64,000 bases of DNA, taken from positions 10,788,001-10,852,000 of the forward strand of contig JBHGNT010000013.1 in the NCBI GenBank assembly GCA_043228905.1. The letters are read 5' to 3'. This document shows positions 53,447 to 63,700 of the stretch, one piece after another (the first letter of the stretch is position 1; each line of letters begins with the position of its first letter). The position numbers were made by a program, and so were the translations under genes. The notes beneath the pieces were generated by a model. The model had not been told where the DNA came from. It was given only the letters and a program-made list of their open reading frames with translations, and did no database searches. The stretch comes from Azolla caroliniana. Lineage: Eukaryota > Plantae > Polypodiophyta.

Positions 53447-53500
53447 AGACTCGAACCCATAACCTTTTGTTACACGGGTCGAGACTTTACCATTAGGTTA
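53447..53500 (-). promoter_or_regulatory. tRNA-like Pol III internal promoter (A box and B box) in U3; second copy at 58764-58817
   Basis: Minus strand TAACCTAATGG ... 32 nt ... GGTTCGAGTCT. Confidence 0.65.
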
Positions 53501-53612
53501 TGAGTTGTAATTTGAAGGATATTATTTTCATTTAGGTTTTATTAGGAAATTGATGTATATTCCAGATTTCTCTGGAACATTCTAGAAACTTCAGGAGTAT
53601 TCCTGAAGACAC

Positions 53613-53657
53613 TATAAAAGGAGGCGCAAGGCATTAGTTCGAACCAAATCGGTTCAA
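53613..53657 (+). promoter_or_regulatory. LTR TATA box and predicted TSS/self-primer
   Basis: TATAAAA 53613-53619; CA initiator at 53645-53646; 53646-53657 is complementary to 53908-53919. Confidence 0.8.
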
Positions 53658-53726
53658 CGCCAGTCTTAAGCCTTCTAACTACTGTTGTATATCTTCCGTC
53701 ATATAATACATATATCTTTCGCATCA

Positions 53727-53772
<46 letters not shown>

Positions 53773-53996
53773 ACTCATTCCTTCTCTCAAAGTTCGACAC
53801 CTCTCATAGTACTAATCCTTCTCTGTCTTAGTACTATTCCCCAACAATAGTACTAATCCTTCTTTTAGTACTAATTCCTTCTTTGCCTTAATAGAGTTCC
53901 TGACAGTTTGAACCGATTTCCCCTCCTACTAGTCTCCCTCTTCCTTCTGTCTCTCTCCTTTCCTACTAGTCTCTTATTTCCCTTTTCCTTCATCCC

Positions 53997-55166
53997 ATGG
54001 CCACCGTTAGCGCTGAAGAGTATCAATCCGTTTTCTCGGAATTTCAATGCTTGAAAGAGAAGTTTCATGCTTTGGAACAAGAAAATCAACGCTTGTTGGG
54101 GGATCTTCAGCAAATTTCCTTAGAAAAGCAGCAAACGCAACAACAGCATGGGGAACTTGCGTTACGCGTGCAACAACTCGAAGCAACCATCGTAGCAATG
54201 CAACAACAAGGGCACGGAGCACAAGGGATTCATAAAGAACCCAAGATTGGCCTTCCCACGAAGTTCGATGGAACGCGATCGCAGTTTAGAGGGTTTCTTA
54301 ACCAGGTACGGTTAGTTATTCAAATGCATCCGTCCCGATATCCCACCGCTGCATCACGAGTGGGTTTAGTAGGCACGTTGTTAACTGGCTCAGCATTAGC
54401 ATGGTTCGCACCGCTACTAGAAAAGGAATCTCCAGTACTAAATAATTTTGAAGAATTCATAAGTGAGTTTAAAGCATGTTTTGGAGATACTGACAGCATA
54501 AGGACTGCAATCAACAAAATCCGGCGATTACGCCAAGGTGACCGTCCAGCCTCCGCATATGCTGCAGATTTCCGCCTACTCGCCGCCGATATCCCCTGGG
54601 ATGATCAAGCATTGATGGAGCAGTTCCGCTATGGTCTACGCAACGATGTCAAGGATTTACTCTTGACTTTCCCTGAAGAGCCAAAATCATTAACAGAAGC
54701 AATCAGTCGAGCGGTCAGATGTGACAACCGCCTCTTCGAGCGACGTTCGGAACGACAATTTCAGATGCCGAGGGCAAGATCCGAGCCTACCTATGCCTCA
54801 ATGGTAGCGAAACCTTTTCAAAGGGAGTCACATAATGCGCCTCCAGTAAGTACTCCAACTCCAATGGAAATTGACACTACACGTCGTCGTGGGCCGCTAT
54901 CGGAGGAGGAAAAGCAACGACGCCGAACAAACCGATTATGCCTTTATTGCGGTGGACCAGGGCATATCGCGATAAACTGTCCCCATAGACCAAGAAGGCA
55001 GGTAAACCAAGTCATTGTTAGTTCTGACTATACTAAACCCGAGTCTATGTCAGTAGGAATCTCTGATAATCCTCATAGTCATAATAGTCCTAATAGTACT
55101 AATAGTCCGAATCTCGCAAACAAATTTGATGTCCTTAGCCAATTAGAAGAAGAGTTAAACGACTAA
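53997..55166 (+). CDS. gag: Gag (coiled coil, capsid, CCHC knuckle)
   Basis: 389-aa ORF; KFDGTRSQFRGFL, LRQG..ASAYAADFR, PMEID, CLYCGGPGHIAINC. Confidence 0.95.
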   Translation: MATVSAEEYQSVFSEFQCLKEKFHALEQENQRLLGDLQQISLEKQQTQQQHGELALRVQQLEATIVAMQQQGHGAQGIHKEPKIGLPTKFDGTRSQFRGFLNQVRLVIQMHPSRYPTAASRVGLVGTLLTGSALAWFAPLLEKESPVLNNFEEFISEFKACFGDTDSIRTAINKIRRLRQGDRPASAYAADFRLLAADIPWDDQALMEQFRYGLRNDVKDLLLTFPEEPKSLTEAISRAVRCDNRLFERRSERQFQMPRARSEPTYASMVAKPFQRESHNAPPVSTPTPMEIDTTRRRGPLSEEEKQRRRTNRLCLYCGGPGHIAINCPHRPRRQVNQVIVSSDYTKPESMSVGISDNPHSHNSPNSTNSPNLANKFDVLSQLEEELND

Positions 55167-58100
55167 GTCCAGCCAAAATAGGAGCCGTTTGGTTGGACAG
55201 CCCTAGATCTGTGCAGCCCATTAGTGGTTCCATTCCCTCTAAGCAAGTTAGTGATGTGTTCGTAGTCCAAGTAGCAGTTAGTACTAAAAGTACCCCTCCA
55301 GTACATACCTTAGCCCTTCTAGATTCCGGAGCTAATTCTTGCTTCATGGATAGGAATTTTGCCCGAGCTCATCAGATATCTCTAAGAAAGCTCCCATGTC
55401 CAGCCTCAGTAGTAGTCATTGATGGTCGTCCCATTGCTTCTGGTAATATCATAGAAGAGTCGGAACCCGTTAATATTGTCCTAGATAACTTAACATGTGT
55501 AGTATCATTTAATATTATTAGTATTCCAGAACATCCCATAGTTTTAGGATTACCATGGTTCGAGTTACATGACCCAGACATAGATTGGAGGACAAGGGAA
55601 ATCCGGTTGCGACAAACCCAAGGATCTACCCAGAAGGTTGCAACCATTTCGCTACGTCAGTTGCGTGAGGAAGGGCGCAAGGAGGAAATGTTTCTCTTTG
55701 CAATATCAGTACAACCCTCCAGCACCACCAAAGAGGAGTCCACCGTTCAACTTCCCGAGAAGTATCGTCAGTATGCTGATGTGTTCGATAAAGTACAAGC
55801 CAACACACTTCCTCATCATCGGCCGTACGACTGCGCCATCGACTTACAACCGGGAAAAGAGCCGCCATGGGGGCCGATCTACAATTTGTCACCAACCGAG
55901 CTAGAAGTCCTTCGAGCCTATATAGAGGAGAATTTGGAGAACGGTTTCATTCGGCATTCGAAATCTCCAGCCGGCGCACCCATTTTCTTCGTCAAGAAAA
56001 AAGATGGCTCGCTTCGACTCGTTGTAGATTACCGTGGCTTGAATAAGGTCACAGTAAGAAATAGGTATGCTCTTCCCCTTATCTCAAGTCTTTTAGAACG
56101 GATCAACGGTGCCAGGTTCTTCACGAAGATCGACTTACGAGGAGCCTATAACCTCGTACGGATCCGACCAGGAGATGAATGGAAGACCGCGTTTCGCACC
56201 AGATATGGGCACTTCGAGTATACGGTCATGCCGTTCGGACTCACTAATGCGCCGGCAGTCTTCCAGCACATGGCGAATGATATATTTCGAGACCTCTTGG
56301 ATGATTTTTTGATCATCTATTTGGATGATCTACTGGTTTATTCAAAGACCCAAGAAGAACATGATTCTCATGTACTATTAGTACTAAAACGACTTCGAGA
56401 ACATGGTCTGTATGCAAAGTTAGAGAAATGTAGTTTCGGGTGCAACCAAGTGGAGTTTCTCGGCTATGTCATCTCCTCAGAAGGCATATCTATGGACCCA
56501 GCCAAGGTCAAAACGGTGATAGAATGGCACACTCCGCGTTCGGTGCGGGATGTGCAATGCTTCCTAGGCTTTGCAAATTTCTACCGGAAGTTCATACAAA
56601 ATTACTCAAAAATTGTGCTGCCTCTCACACAGCTCACCAGGAAGGGACAATCATTCATTTGGTCTAAAGAGACGGACATGGCTTTCGAGAGTCTTAAGAA
56701 GGCGTTTACATCAGCTCCAATTTTAGGTCATGTGGATCCGGAAAAACCATTCATTATCGAAGCTGATGCATCGGATTTCGCATTGGGGAGCATTCTGTCA
56801 CAACAGGGTAACGACGAGAAGCTACATCCTGTGGCTTTCCACTCCCGTAAGTTTGACGCCGCCGAAATCAACTACGAAATTCATGATAAAGAGCTATTAG
56901 CAATAGTTGATTCTTTTATGCAATGGAGGCATTTCCTGGAGGGATCTCCTCATCAGGTCACTGTATTCAGTGACCACAAGAACCTTGCCTACTTTCAAGA
57001 TGCTCGTGTACTGAATCGACGTCAAGCTCGGTGGGCCCATTTCCTCACACGCTTCGACTTCAAAATTACATATCGTCCGGGGAAGCACCAAGGGAAGGCA
57101 GATGCATTATCACGGCGTTCGTATCTAACACCACGTCCCGGTGAGCCAGCTTTCGATAACCAGAAGCAAGTAATCTTGGGTCCAGCACGACTGCAAGCAG
57201 CACAGATCTTTGACATGCCCGTGGATTCCGACATTACCAATACTATACGTGAGGACTTGAAGACTGACGCTTTCGCCCAAGCTATACTAGCACAAATTGA
57301 CCCCTCTCGAGCGTCATGTTCACAATCACAATCACCAGGTACGGATTATCGGCAATTCAAATACTGTGATGGATTACTCTTCTTTAAAGAACTTTTGTAT
57401 GTTCCTAATGGTTCTTGCCGCCTTCGAGTAGTACAAAACTGCCATGACACATATACAGCAGGACATTTTGGTAGTACTAAAACGTTAGATTTAGTACAAC
57501 GATCATTCTGGTGGCCCCGTATGCGACAATTTGTCGAAGATTTTGTTCGGACTTGCGATACATGCTGCAGAGCGAAAATGCCAAGACATCATCCATATGG
57601 TTTATTAGAACCATTACCAATTCCAAGCAAGCCATGGCAATCCATTGCTCTTGACTTCATTACAGATCTTCCAGTCTCTAAGGGATTCAGTGCGATTCTC
57701 ACAGTGGTGGATCGATATACGAAGATGGCTCATTTCTTACCATGTACTAAAGAAATATCTAGTGAAGACACCGCCGAAATTGTCATGCGGGAAGTATGTC
57801 GGCATCATGGACTCCCTGATAATATCATCAGCGATCGTGGACCCCAGTTTGTGTCAAAATTCTGGAAGCACCTTTTTAAAATGCTGAAGGTCACTTGTAA
57901 CCTCTCCTCCGGCTACCACCCACAAACCGACGGTCAAGCCGAACGAACAAATCAAACACTGGAGCAGTATCTGCGGTGCTTTCTCAACTATCATCAGAAT
58001 GACTGGGCAGATATTCTTCCGTTCGCCGAATTTGCCTATAATAACGCTATCCACGCATCGACTAAAGTCACGCCATTCTACGCTTATACGGGATATCATC

Positions 58101-58750
58101 CCCGGTGGTGTGTCCTTGAAACCCCAGAAGTGTCCACAAATCCTTACGCGGAGGATCGTTTGGAGCGGTTACGCAAGATACAAGCGGATTTATCTACTCA
58201 ACTCCAGCAAGCTCAACAATCACACAAGGACTACGCAGATCGTCATCGACTTCCATCCAGTTTTAACATTGGAGATCGGGTGTGGCTGCTACGACGACAC
58301 ATCAAGACTACTCGCCCATGTGAGAAGTTGGATTATCGACGATTAGGTCCTTTCCGTATTATCGGGAAGATTAATGATGTCGCTTTTCGTCTCGAGCTAC
58401 CTCCGCAACTTCGGATACACCCGGTGTTTCATAGTTCTCTCCTCGAACCCTATCACGAGAGCACTATCCCAGGACGTACTATACAACCTCCACCTCCTAT
58501 CGAGCTCGAAGATGGACCTGAGTATGAGGTCGCTGCCATCCTCGATTCCAAGATTGTTCGCAACAAGCTCTACTATCTAGTCGATTGGCTAGGATATAGT
58601 CCCAGCGAGCGTACTTGGGAACCGATCGAGAATGTGACCAATGCTCGTGCTCTTCTAGAAGACTTCCATCGACGATATCCCGAGAAACCGGGTCCTCAAT
58701 CCAAAACGACTCGTGAAACTCGTCGTTTTAAAGGGGGGATAGTGTCATAA
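55154..58750 (+). CDS. pol: Pol (PR-RT-RNaseH-integrase-chromodomain), in the -1 frame relative to gag
   Basis: LLDSGA; YLDD; EADASDFALG; HHCC plus DDE integrase (LDFIT, SDRG, GQAER); chromodomain EYEVAAILD...YLVDWLGY...TWEP. Frame is open from 55139 and overlaps the gag end; it stops inside the 3' LTR. Confidence 0.95.
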   Translation, partial: VKRLSPAKIGAVWLDSPRSVQPISGSIPSKQVSDVFVVQVAVSTKSTPPVHTLALLDSGANSCFMDRNFARAHQISLRKLPCPASVVVIDGRPIASGNIIEESEPVNIVLDNLTCVVSFNIISIPEHPIVLGLPWFELHDPDIDWRTREIRLRQTQGSTQKVATISLRQLREEGRKEEMFLFAISVQPSSTTKEESTVQLPEKYRQYADVFDKVQANTLPHHRPYDCAIDLQPGKEPPWGPIYNLSPTELEVLRAYIEENLENGFIRHSKSPAGAPIFFVKKKDGSLRLVVDYRGLNKVTVRNRYALPLISSLLERINGARFFTKIDLRGAYNLVRIRPGDEWKTAFRTRYGHFEYTVMPFGLTNAPAVFQHMANDIFRDLLDDFLIIYLDDLLVYSKTQEEHDSHVLLVLKRLREHGLYAKLEKCSFGCNQVEFLGYVISSEGISMDPAKVKTVIEWHTPRSVRDVQCFLGFANFYRKFIQNYSKIVLPLTQLTRKGQSFIWSKETDMAFESLKKAFTSAPILGHVDPEKPFIIEADASDFALGSILSQQGNDEKLHPVAFHSRKFDAAEINYEIHDKELLAIVDSFMQWRHFLEGSPHQVTVFSDHKNLAYFQDARVLNRRQARWAHFLTRFDFKITYRPGKHQGKADALSRRSYLTPRPGEPAFDNQKQVILGPARLQAAQIFDMPVDSDITNTIREDLKTDAFAQAILAQIDPSRASCSQSQSPGTDYRQFKYCDGLLFFKELLYVPNGSCRLRVVQNCHDTYTAGHFGSTKTLDLVQRSFWWPRMRQFVEDFVRTCDTCCRAKMPRHHPYGLLEPLPIPSKPWQSIALDFITDLPVSKGFSAILTVVDRYTKMAHFLPCTKEISSEDTAEIVMREVCRHHGLPDNIISDRGPQFVSKFWKHLFKMLKVTCNLSSGYHPQTDGQAERTNQTLEQYLRCFLNYHQNDWADILPFAEFAYNNAIHASTKVTPFYAYTGYHPRWCVLETPEVSTNPYAEDRLERLRKIQADLSTQLQQAQQSHKDYADRHRLPSSFNIGDRVWLLRRHIKTTRPCEKLDYRRLGPFRIIGKINDVAFRLELPPQLRIHPVFHSSLLEPYHESTIPGRTIQPPPPIELEDGPEYEVAAILDSKIVRNKLYYLVDWLGYSPSERTWEPIENVTNARALLEDFHRRYPEKPGPQSKTTRETRRFKGGIVS

Positions 58751-59043
58751 CTATGTCATAACTAGACTCGAACCCATAACCTTTTGTTACACGGGTCGAG
58801 ACTTTACCATTAGGTTATGAGTTGTAATTTGAAGGATATTATTTTCATTTAGGTTTTATTAGGAAATTGATGTATATTCCAGATTTCTCTGGAACATTCT
58901 AGAAACTTCAGGAGTATTCCTGAAGACACTATAAAAGGAGGCGCAAGGCATTAGTTCGAACCAAATCGGTTCAACGCCAGTCTTAAGCCTTCTAACTACT
59001 GTTGTATATCTTCCGTCATATAATACATATATCTTTCGCATCA

Positions 59044-59089
<46 letters not shown>

Positions 59090-60135
59090 ACTCATTCCTT
59101 CTCTCAAAGTTCGACACCTCTCATAGTACTAATCCTTCTCTGTCTTAGTACTATTCCCCAACAATAGTACTAATCCTTCTTTTAGTACTAATTCCTTCTC
59201 TGCCTTAATAGAGTTCCTGACAACGAATGCACCTGCGGTTTTTCCACACATGGCGAATGATATTTTTCGTGATTTTTTGGATTCATTCAACATAGTATAT
59301 CTTGATGACATCTTGATCTACTCGAAAACTCAAGAAGAGCATGACATACATGTCCGTCAAGTCTTCCAACGCTTACGAGAATATGGGCTCTATGCCAAAC
59401 TTGAGAAATGTAGCTTAGATCAAAACCACATGGAGTTTCTGGGGTATGTGGTTTCACAACAAGGTATATCTATGGATCCATCTAAGGTTCAGACAGTTCT
59501 AAACTGGCAACCACCTCATTCAGTGTGTGATGTTCAATGTTTCTTAGGATTTGAGAATTTTTACCACAAATTTATCAAGAAATTATTCGAACATTGTGAT
59601 GCGTCTCACAAAGCTTACATGAAAGAGCAAGTCATTCACATGGACTTCTAGTGAAACCAAAGCTTTTGAAAGCCTAAAGAGAGCATTCACTTATGCTCCA
59701 ATTCTACTCCATGCTGACCTAGAAAAACTGTTTATCATCAAGGCAGATGTGTCTAATTTTGCACTAGGAAGTATCTTGTCACAGATAGGAGATGAGGGGA
59801 AGCTACATCCAATTGCTTTCCATTCACACAAATTCGAAGCCGTAGAGATAAATTACGAGATTCACGACAAAGAGCTTCTAGCCATTACATACTCGTTTGA
59901 ATAGTGGAGACATTTCTTAGAAGGTTCTCCCCACCAAATCATTGTTTACAATGATCATAAAAACCTCACATACTTTCAAAGTGCTAGAGTCTTGAGTCGC
60001 CGCCAAGCTTGTTGGGCACAATTTCTAACACGTTTTGACTTCGTCATCACATATCGCCCAGGAGTACAACAAGGAAAGGCAAATGCTCTCTCACGACGAT
60101 CTTATTTAGCTCCACAACCAGGAGAACCCACATTT

Positions 60136-60703
60136 TGAAGGGAACAGCACGCTCCCTATACGCAACGCTTGGCCACAACCGAGCTTAGAATCATACACAG
60201 AAAACGGGAAATAAAGCACGACACGAAGAAGAGAAGAGTACGCAGGATGTTTACGTGGAAAACCCAAACTAAGGGAAAAACCATGGCAGCCCACAGGCTG
60301 CAAACTATCACTATGTTAGAATGTACAACAGTGAGTTCATGGAGGCAACGACCTCGTGCTCACAATCTTCGCCACAGGCGGCGATTACAACAGAGGCAAC
60401 GACCTCTTTCTTTCTCTCTCTCTCTCTGTACACAGTTACACGCTCTCTCTCTTTCCTTGCACCAACAAGGATGACAACAACCATAAATAAAAGTTTGCCC
60501 TAAGTCATATTTATACTAATATGACTTTTCGGCTATTTACAAATATAGCCTCGATGGACTCTCAGAAACATATTTACGAATATGTCTCTTCATCCGGTTT
60601 CGGCATTCCTCACCGGGTCTGCGCCATCCGGCTCTCCGTAGCCGGGTACTCCTCATCCGGTTCTCACCGGGTCTGCGTCATCCGGCTCTCCGTAGCCAGG
60701 TAC
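60136..60703 (-). mobile_element. Tork-like Copia LTR (3' or solo LTR) inserted in the outer Gypsy pol and itself interrupted
   Basis: Begins TGAAGGGAA. Shares GGCCACAACCGAG, GTGGAAAACCC..GGGAAAAACCA, TCGCCACAGGCGGCG and TTTGCCCTAAGTCATATTTATAC blocks with LTR 1172-1867. Confidence 0.85.
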
Positions 60704-63700
60704 TGTTGGGATTACGGTCCCTCCGGATGGGATGGTCAGATGTCCGGAGATGAATGACGGCAAGCCCGGTTGCGATTACGGAACCAGAGGATGAAGAGTA
60801 CCCGGCATGAAGCCGGATGAAGAGACCCCGGCTACGGAGCCGGATGATGAAGACCACGGCTACGGAGCCGGATGATGAATGTACCCGGAGAGAGATCCGG
60901 ATGCGGGGACATATTTGTGAATATGTTTGCCAAGGGCCCTTGAGGCTATATTTGTAAATAGCCCGAAAGTCATATGTGTATAAATATGACTTAGGGCAAA
61001 CAGTTTGTTGTTGTTGCTCATTTTTCTGTTTTCCACTTAGGGGGAGCGAAGTGAGAACAGCAGAAAGAGAGAGAGAAAGGAAGAGGTCGACGCCTCTGTG
61101 TAATACCGCCGCCTGTGGCGAGGACAACGAGCTCAAGGTCGTCGCCTTGCAGCTCGCCATTGTACATTCCCTGCGTATAGTGATAGTTGGAGTCTTGCAC
61201 TCCCGTGGTTTTTCCCGTCTAGGGTTTTCCACGCTAAACCATGTGCCTTCGAGTCTCTCTCTGTGTTGTTGATTTACTGTTGCATTGATCCGTGTCTTCT
61301 CGGTTGTGGCCGAGAGGAGAAGTTTTTTCTTGGAAGCGTCATTATCCATCAATCTGGTATCAGAGCGACGGCAGTGCAGAAAATGGAAGGCGGCAGCAGC
61401 GGGCAGCCGGGGATGATGGTGCTGAATGCGCAGAACTACGCCGACTGGAAGATAAAGATGGAGGATCTGCTCATTGTTCGGGACCTGTATGAACCGATCG
61501 ACAGGTCGGAAATACCCAAGGGGGTACTTGAGACGGAATGGAGGCTTCTGAACCGGAAAGCCGTTGCAACCATTCGGCAATACGTCGACGTGAGCGTTCT
61601 ACAACATGTGGCGAACGACACCAACGCATATGAGATGTGGCGGAAGTTGTCGGGCCTCTACGAGAGGAAGAATGCGTTGAACCGGACCTCCCTGATGAGG
61701 AAGATAGTGAACCTCAAGTACCGGGACGGCGAGAGTATGGTGGAACACGTAAGCACATTCATGGGATTCGTGAACTAGCTTGCGGCGATCAAGTTCCCGT
61801 TGGAGGATGCAATGCAAGCCATCATCCTGATGTGTACATTGCCGGAAAGCTGGGAGAACTTGGTGGTGACTCTCAGCACCTCCTGCACCGAAGATAACTT
61901 GTCCCTACAAACGGTAAAGACAAGTATTCTAAATGAAGAAGCGCGTCGGAGAGATAAAGAACCGGCCTCCGATCCGAAGATGCTGCTTACCGAATCGGAT
62001 CGGGGAAGACAACGGAACCGGAGTCCGCAAAGACGGGAGAAGTCGGGGACCCGGTCGCAGTCAAGAGGAAGGCCCACACGCTTCCACTATGGGAAGCCGG
62101 GGCACTTCCGGAAGAACTGTCGGCATTACCGAAAAGACAACGGAGCCGACGACACCGATTTGAAGAAGTCACCGGAGCGAAACGGTGCATACCGGGGAGC
62201 CACGGACCGGAGAGGTCCGGATCGGCGAGGGCAGGACCGGAAAGGAACGACGGCACTCGCGGCAAGTGAAGAAGAGATAATGCTCATTACCGAAGAGAGG
62301 GAGCTGAACCTTGCCGGTGAAGAGATGACCTGGGTGGTCGATTCCGGAGCGTCGTTCCACCTGACCCCGGAGAAGAAATACTTCTCATCCTACACAGCCG
62401 GTGAGCACGGCTGTGTTCGGATGGGAAATGAAGGTACATGCTGGATTGCCGGCATAGGAGACGTGTGGCTGATGACATCAACCAGATGCAAGATGGTGCT
62501 GAAGGATGTTCGACACGTTCCGGAGGTTCGATTGAACCTGATTTCGGCCGGGAGGCTAGACGATGAAGGCTACACAGGTAGCATCCGGAACGGTGTCATG
62601 AAGTTCAGCAAAGGGAGCCTGATAGTGGCTCGGGCCCGGAAGGTCAACACACTGTACCTGATGAATTCCCGGCTATGTCCGGAGGAGCTGAACGTGGCAG
62701 TTGACACTGCCGGTGAGCTGTGGCACAAGAGACTGTGCCACATGAGCGAGAAGGGGATGAAGAGGCTTGCAGAAGACAACCTTATTCCAGTGAAGCATGT
62801 GTATCTGGAGAAGTGCACCGATTGCCTGGCCGGTAAGCAGAACCGAGCCTCCTTCCACTCAAGGCCACCGACGAGACGTAGCGCACCATTGGAGTTGGTG
62901 CATACTAACGTGTGTCAAGTAGAAACGAAGTCACATGGCGGAGCCCAGTACTTCGTGACATTCATTGATGACCACAGCCAGAAGCTGTGGACGGCACCGT
63001 TGAAGACAAAGGACCAAGTGTTGTGCGTCTTCAAAGAACTCCACGCGAGAGTGGAAAGGGAATCCGGCAAGAAGCTGAAAGCGATACGAGCGGATAACGG
63101 AGGGGAATACCGGGGGCAGTTCGCGGAGTACTATCGCTCGAAGGGAATCCGGCTTGAGTTTATTGTGCCGAAGACGCCGGAACTGAACGGGCTGGCCGAG
63201 AGAATGAACCGGACCATAATGGAGAGGGTTCGGAGTATGCTGGCGCATGCGAAATTACCCAAGGGCTTTTGGGCTGAGGCAATGTCGACGGCGACATACG
63301 TGATAAACAGATCACCCTCAGTACCTTTGGACGGAGACACGCCGCAGAGAGTGTGGACCGGTAGGGAAGTATCCTACCGGCATCTGAAGGTGTTCGGGTG
63401 TCTCGCATATGTGCATGTGGCAAAGGACCGGAGAGGAAAGCTAGATCCAAAGACCCGACCATGCATATTCCTCGGTTACGGCGACGACGAGTTCGGCTAC
63501 CGAGTATGGGACCCGGTCAACAAGAAGATATTCAGGAGTCGTGATATCATCTTCATGGAGGACAAGACACTCGCCGACTGGGAGTCGGAGAAGAAGATGA
63601 AGAGCTCCAAGTCGACCGGTGAGGATCAACTCTATGAGGAGCAGTCCCGACCGGCAAGGGACCGGTTAGCACTCGAGGATCCGGCCAAAGACGGTGAAGA

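Larger units (their letters stand above)
53426..59222 (+). mobile_element. Intact young chromovirus (Ty3/Gypsy, Tcn1-like)
   Basis: 480-bp LTRs 53426-53905 and 58743-59222, with one difference seen (T53883 vs C59200). TSD ACGAA at 53421-53425 and 59223-59227. PPT 58730-58742. Uninterrupted gag and pol. Confidence 0.98.
50709..60135 (+). mobile_element. Older degenerate chromovirus-type Gypsy (5' LTR 50709-51139, gag, PR, RT, RNase H), interrupted twice; remainder outside the window
   Basis: TGTCA...TGACA LTR; gag ORF 51408-52325 homologous to the inner element. RT FGLTN/APAV is split exactly at the inner insertion and resumes at 59223 with YLDD and RNase H up to PGEPTF at 60135. Confidence 0.92.

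Noticed and set aside
53440-53510. Functional tRNA gene in the LTR
   Set aside because: A and B boxes are present, but the anticodon and acceptor stems do not form a proper cloverleaf; treated as a tRNA-like promoter module instead.
60678-61580. 300-aa antisense ORF across the Copia LTR/gag
   Set aside because: Runs through GC-rich LTR repeats and is not kept open in the sister copy; likely a by-product.
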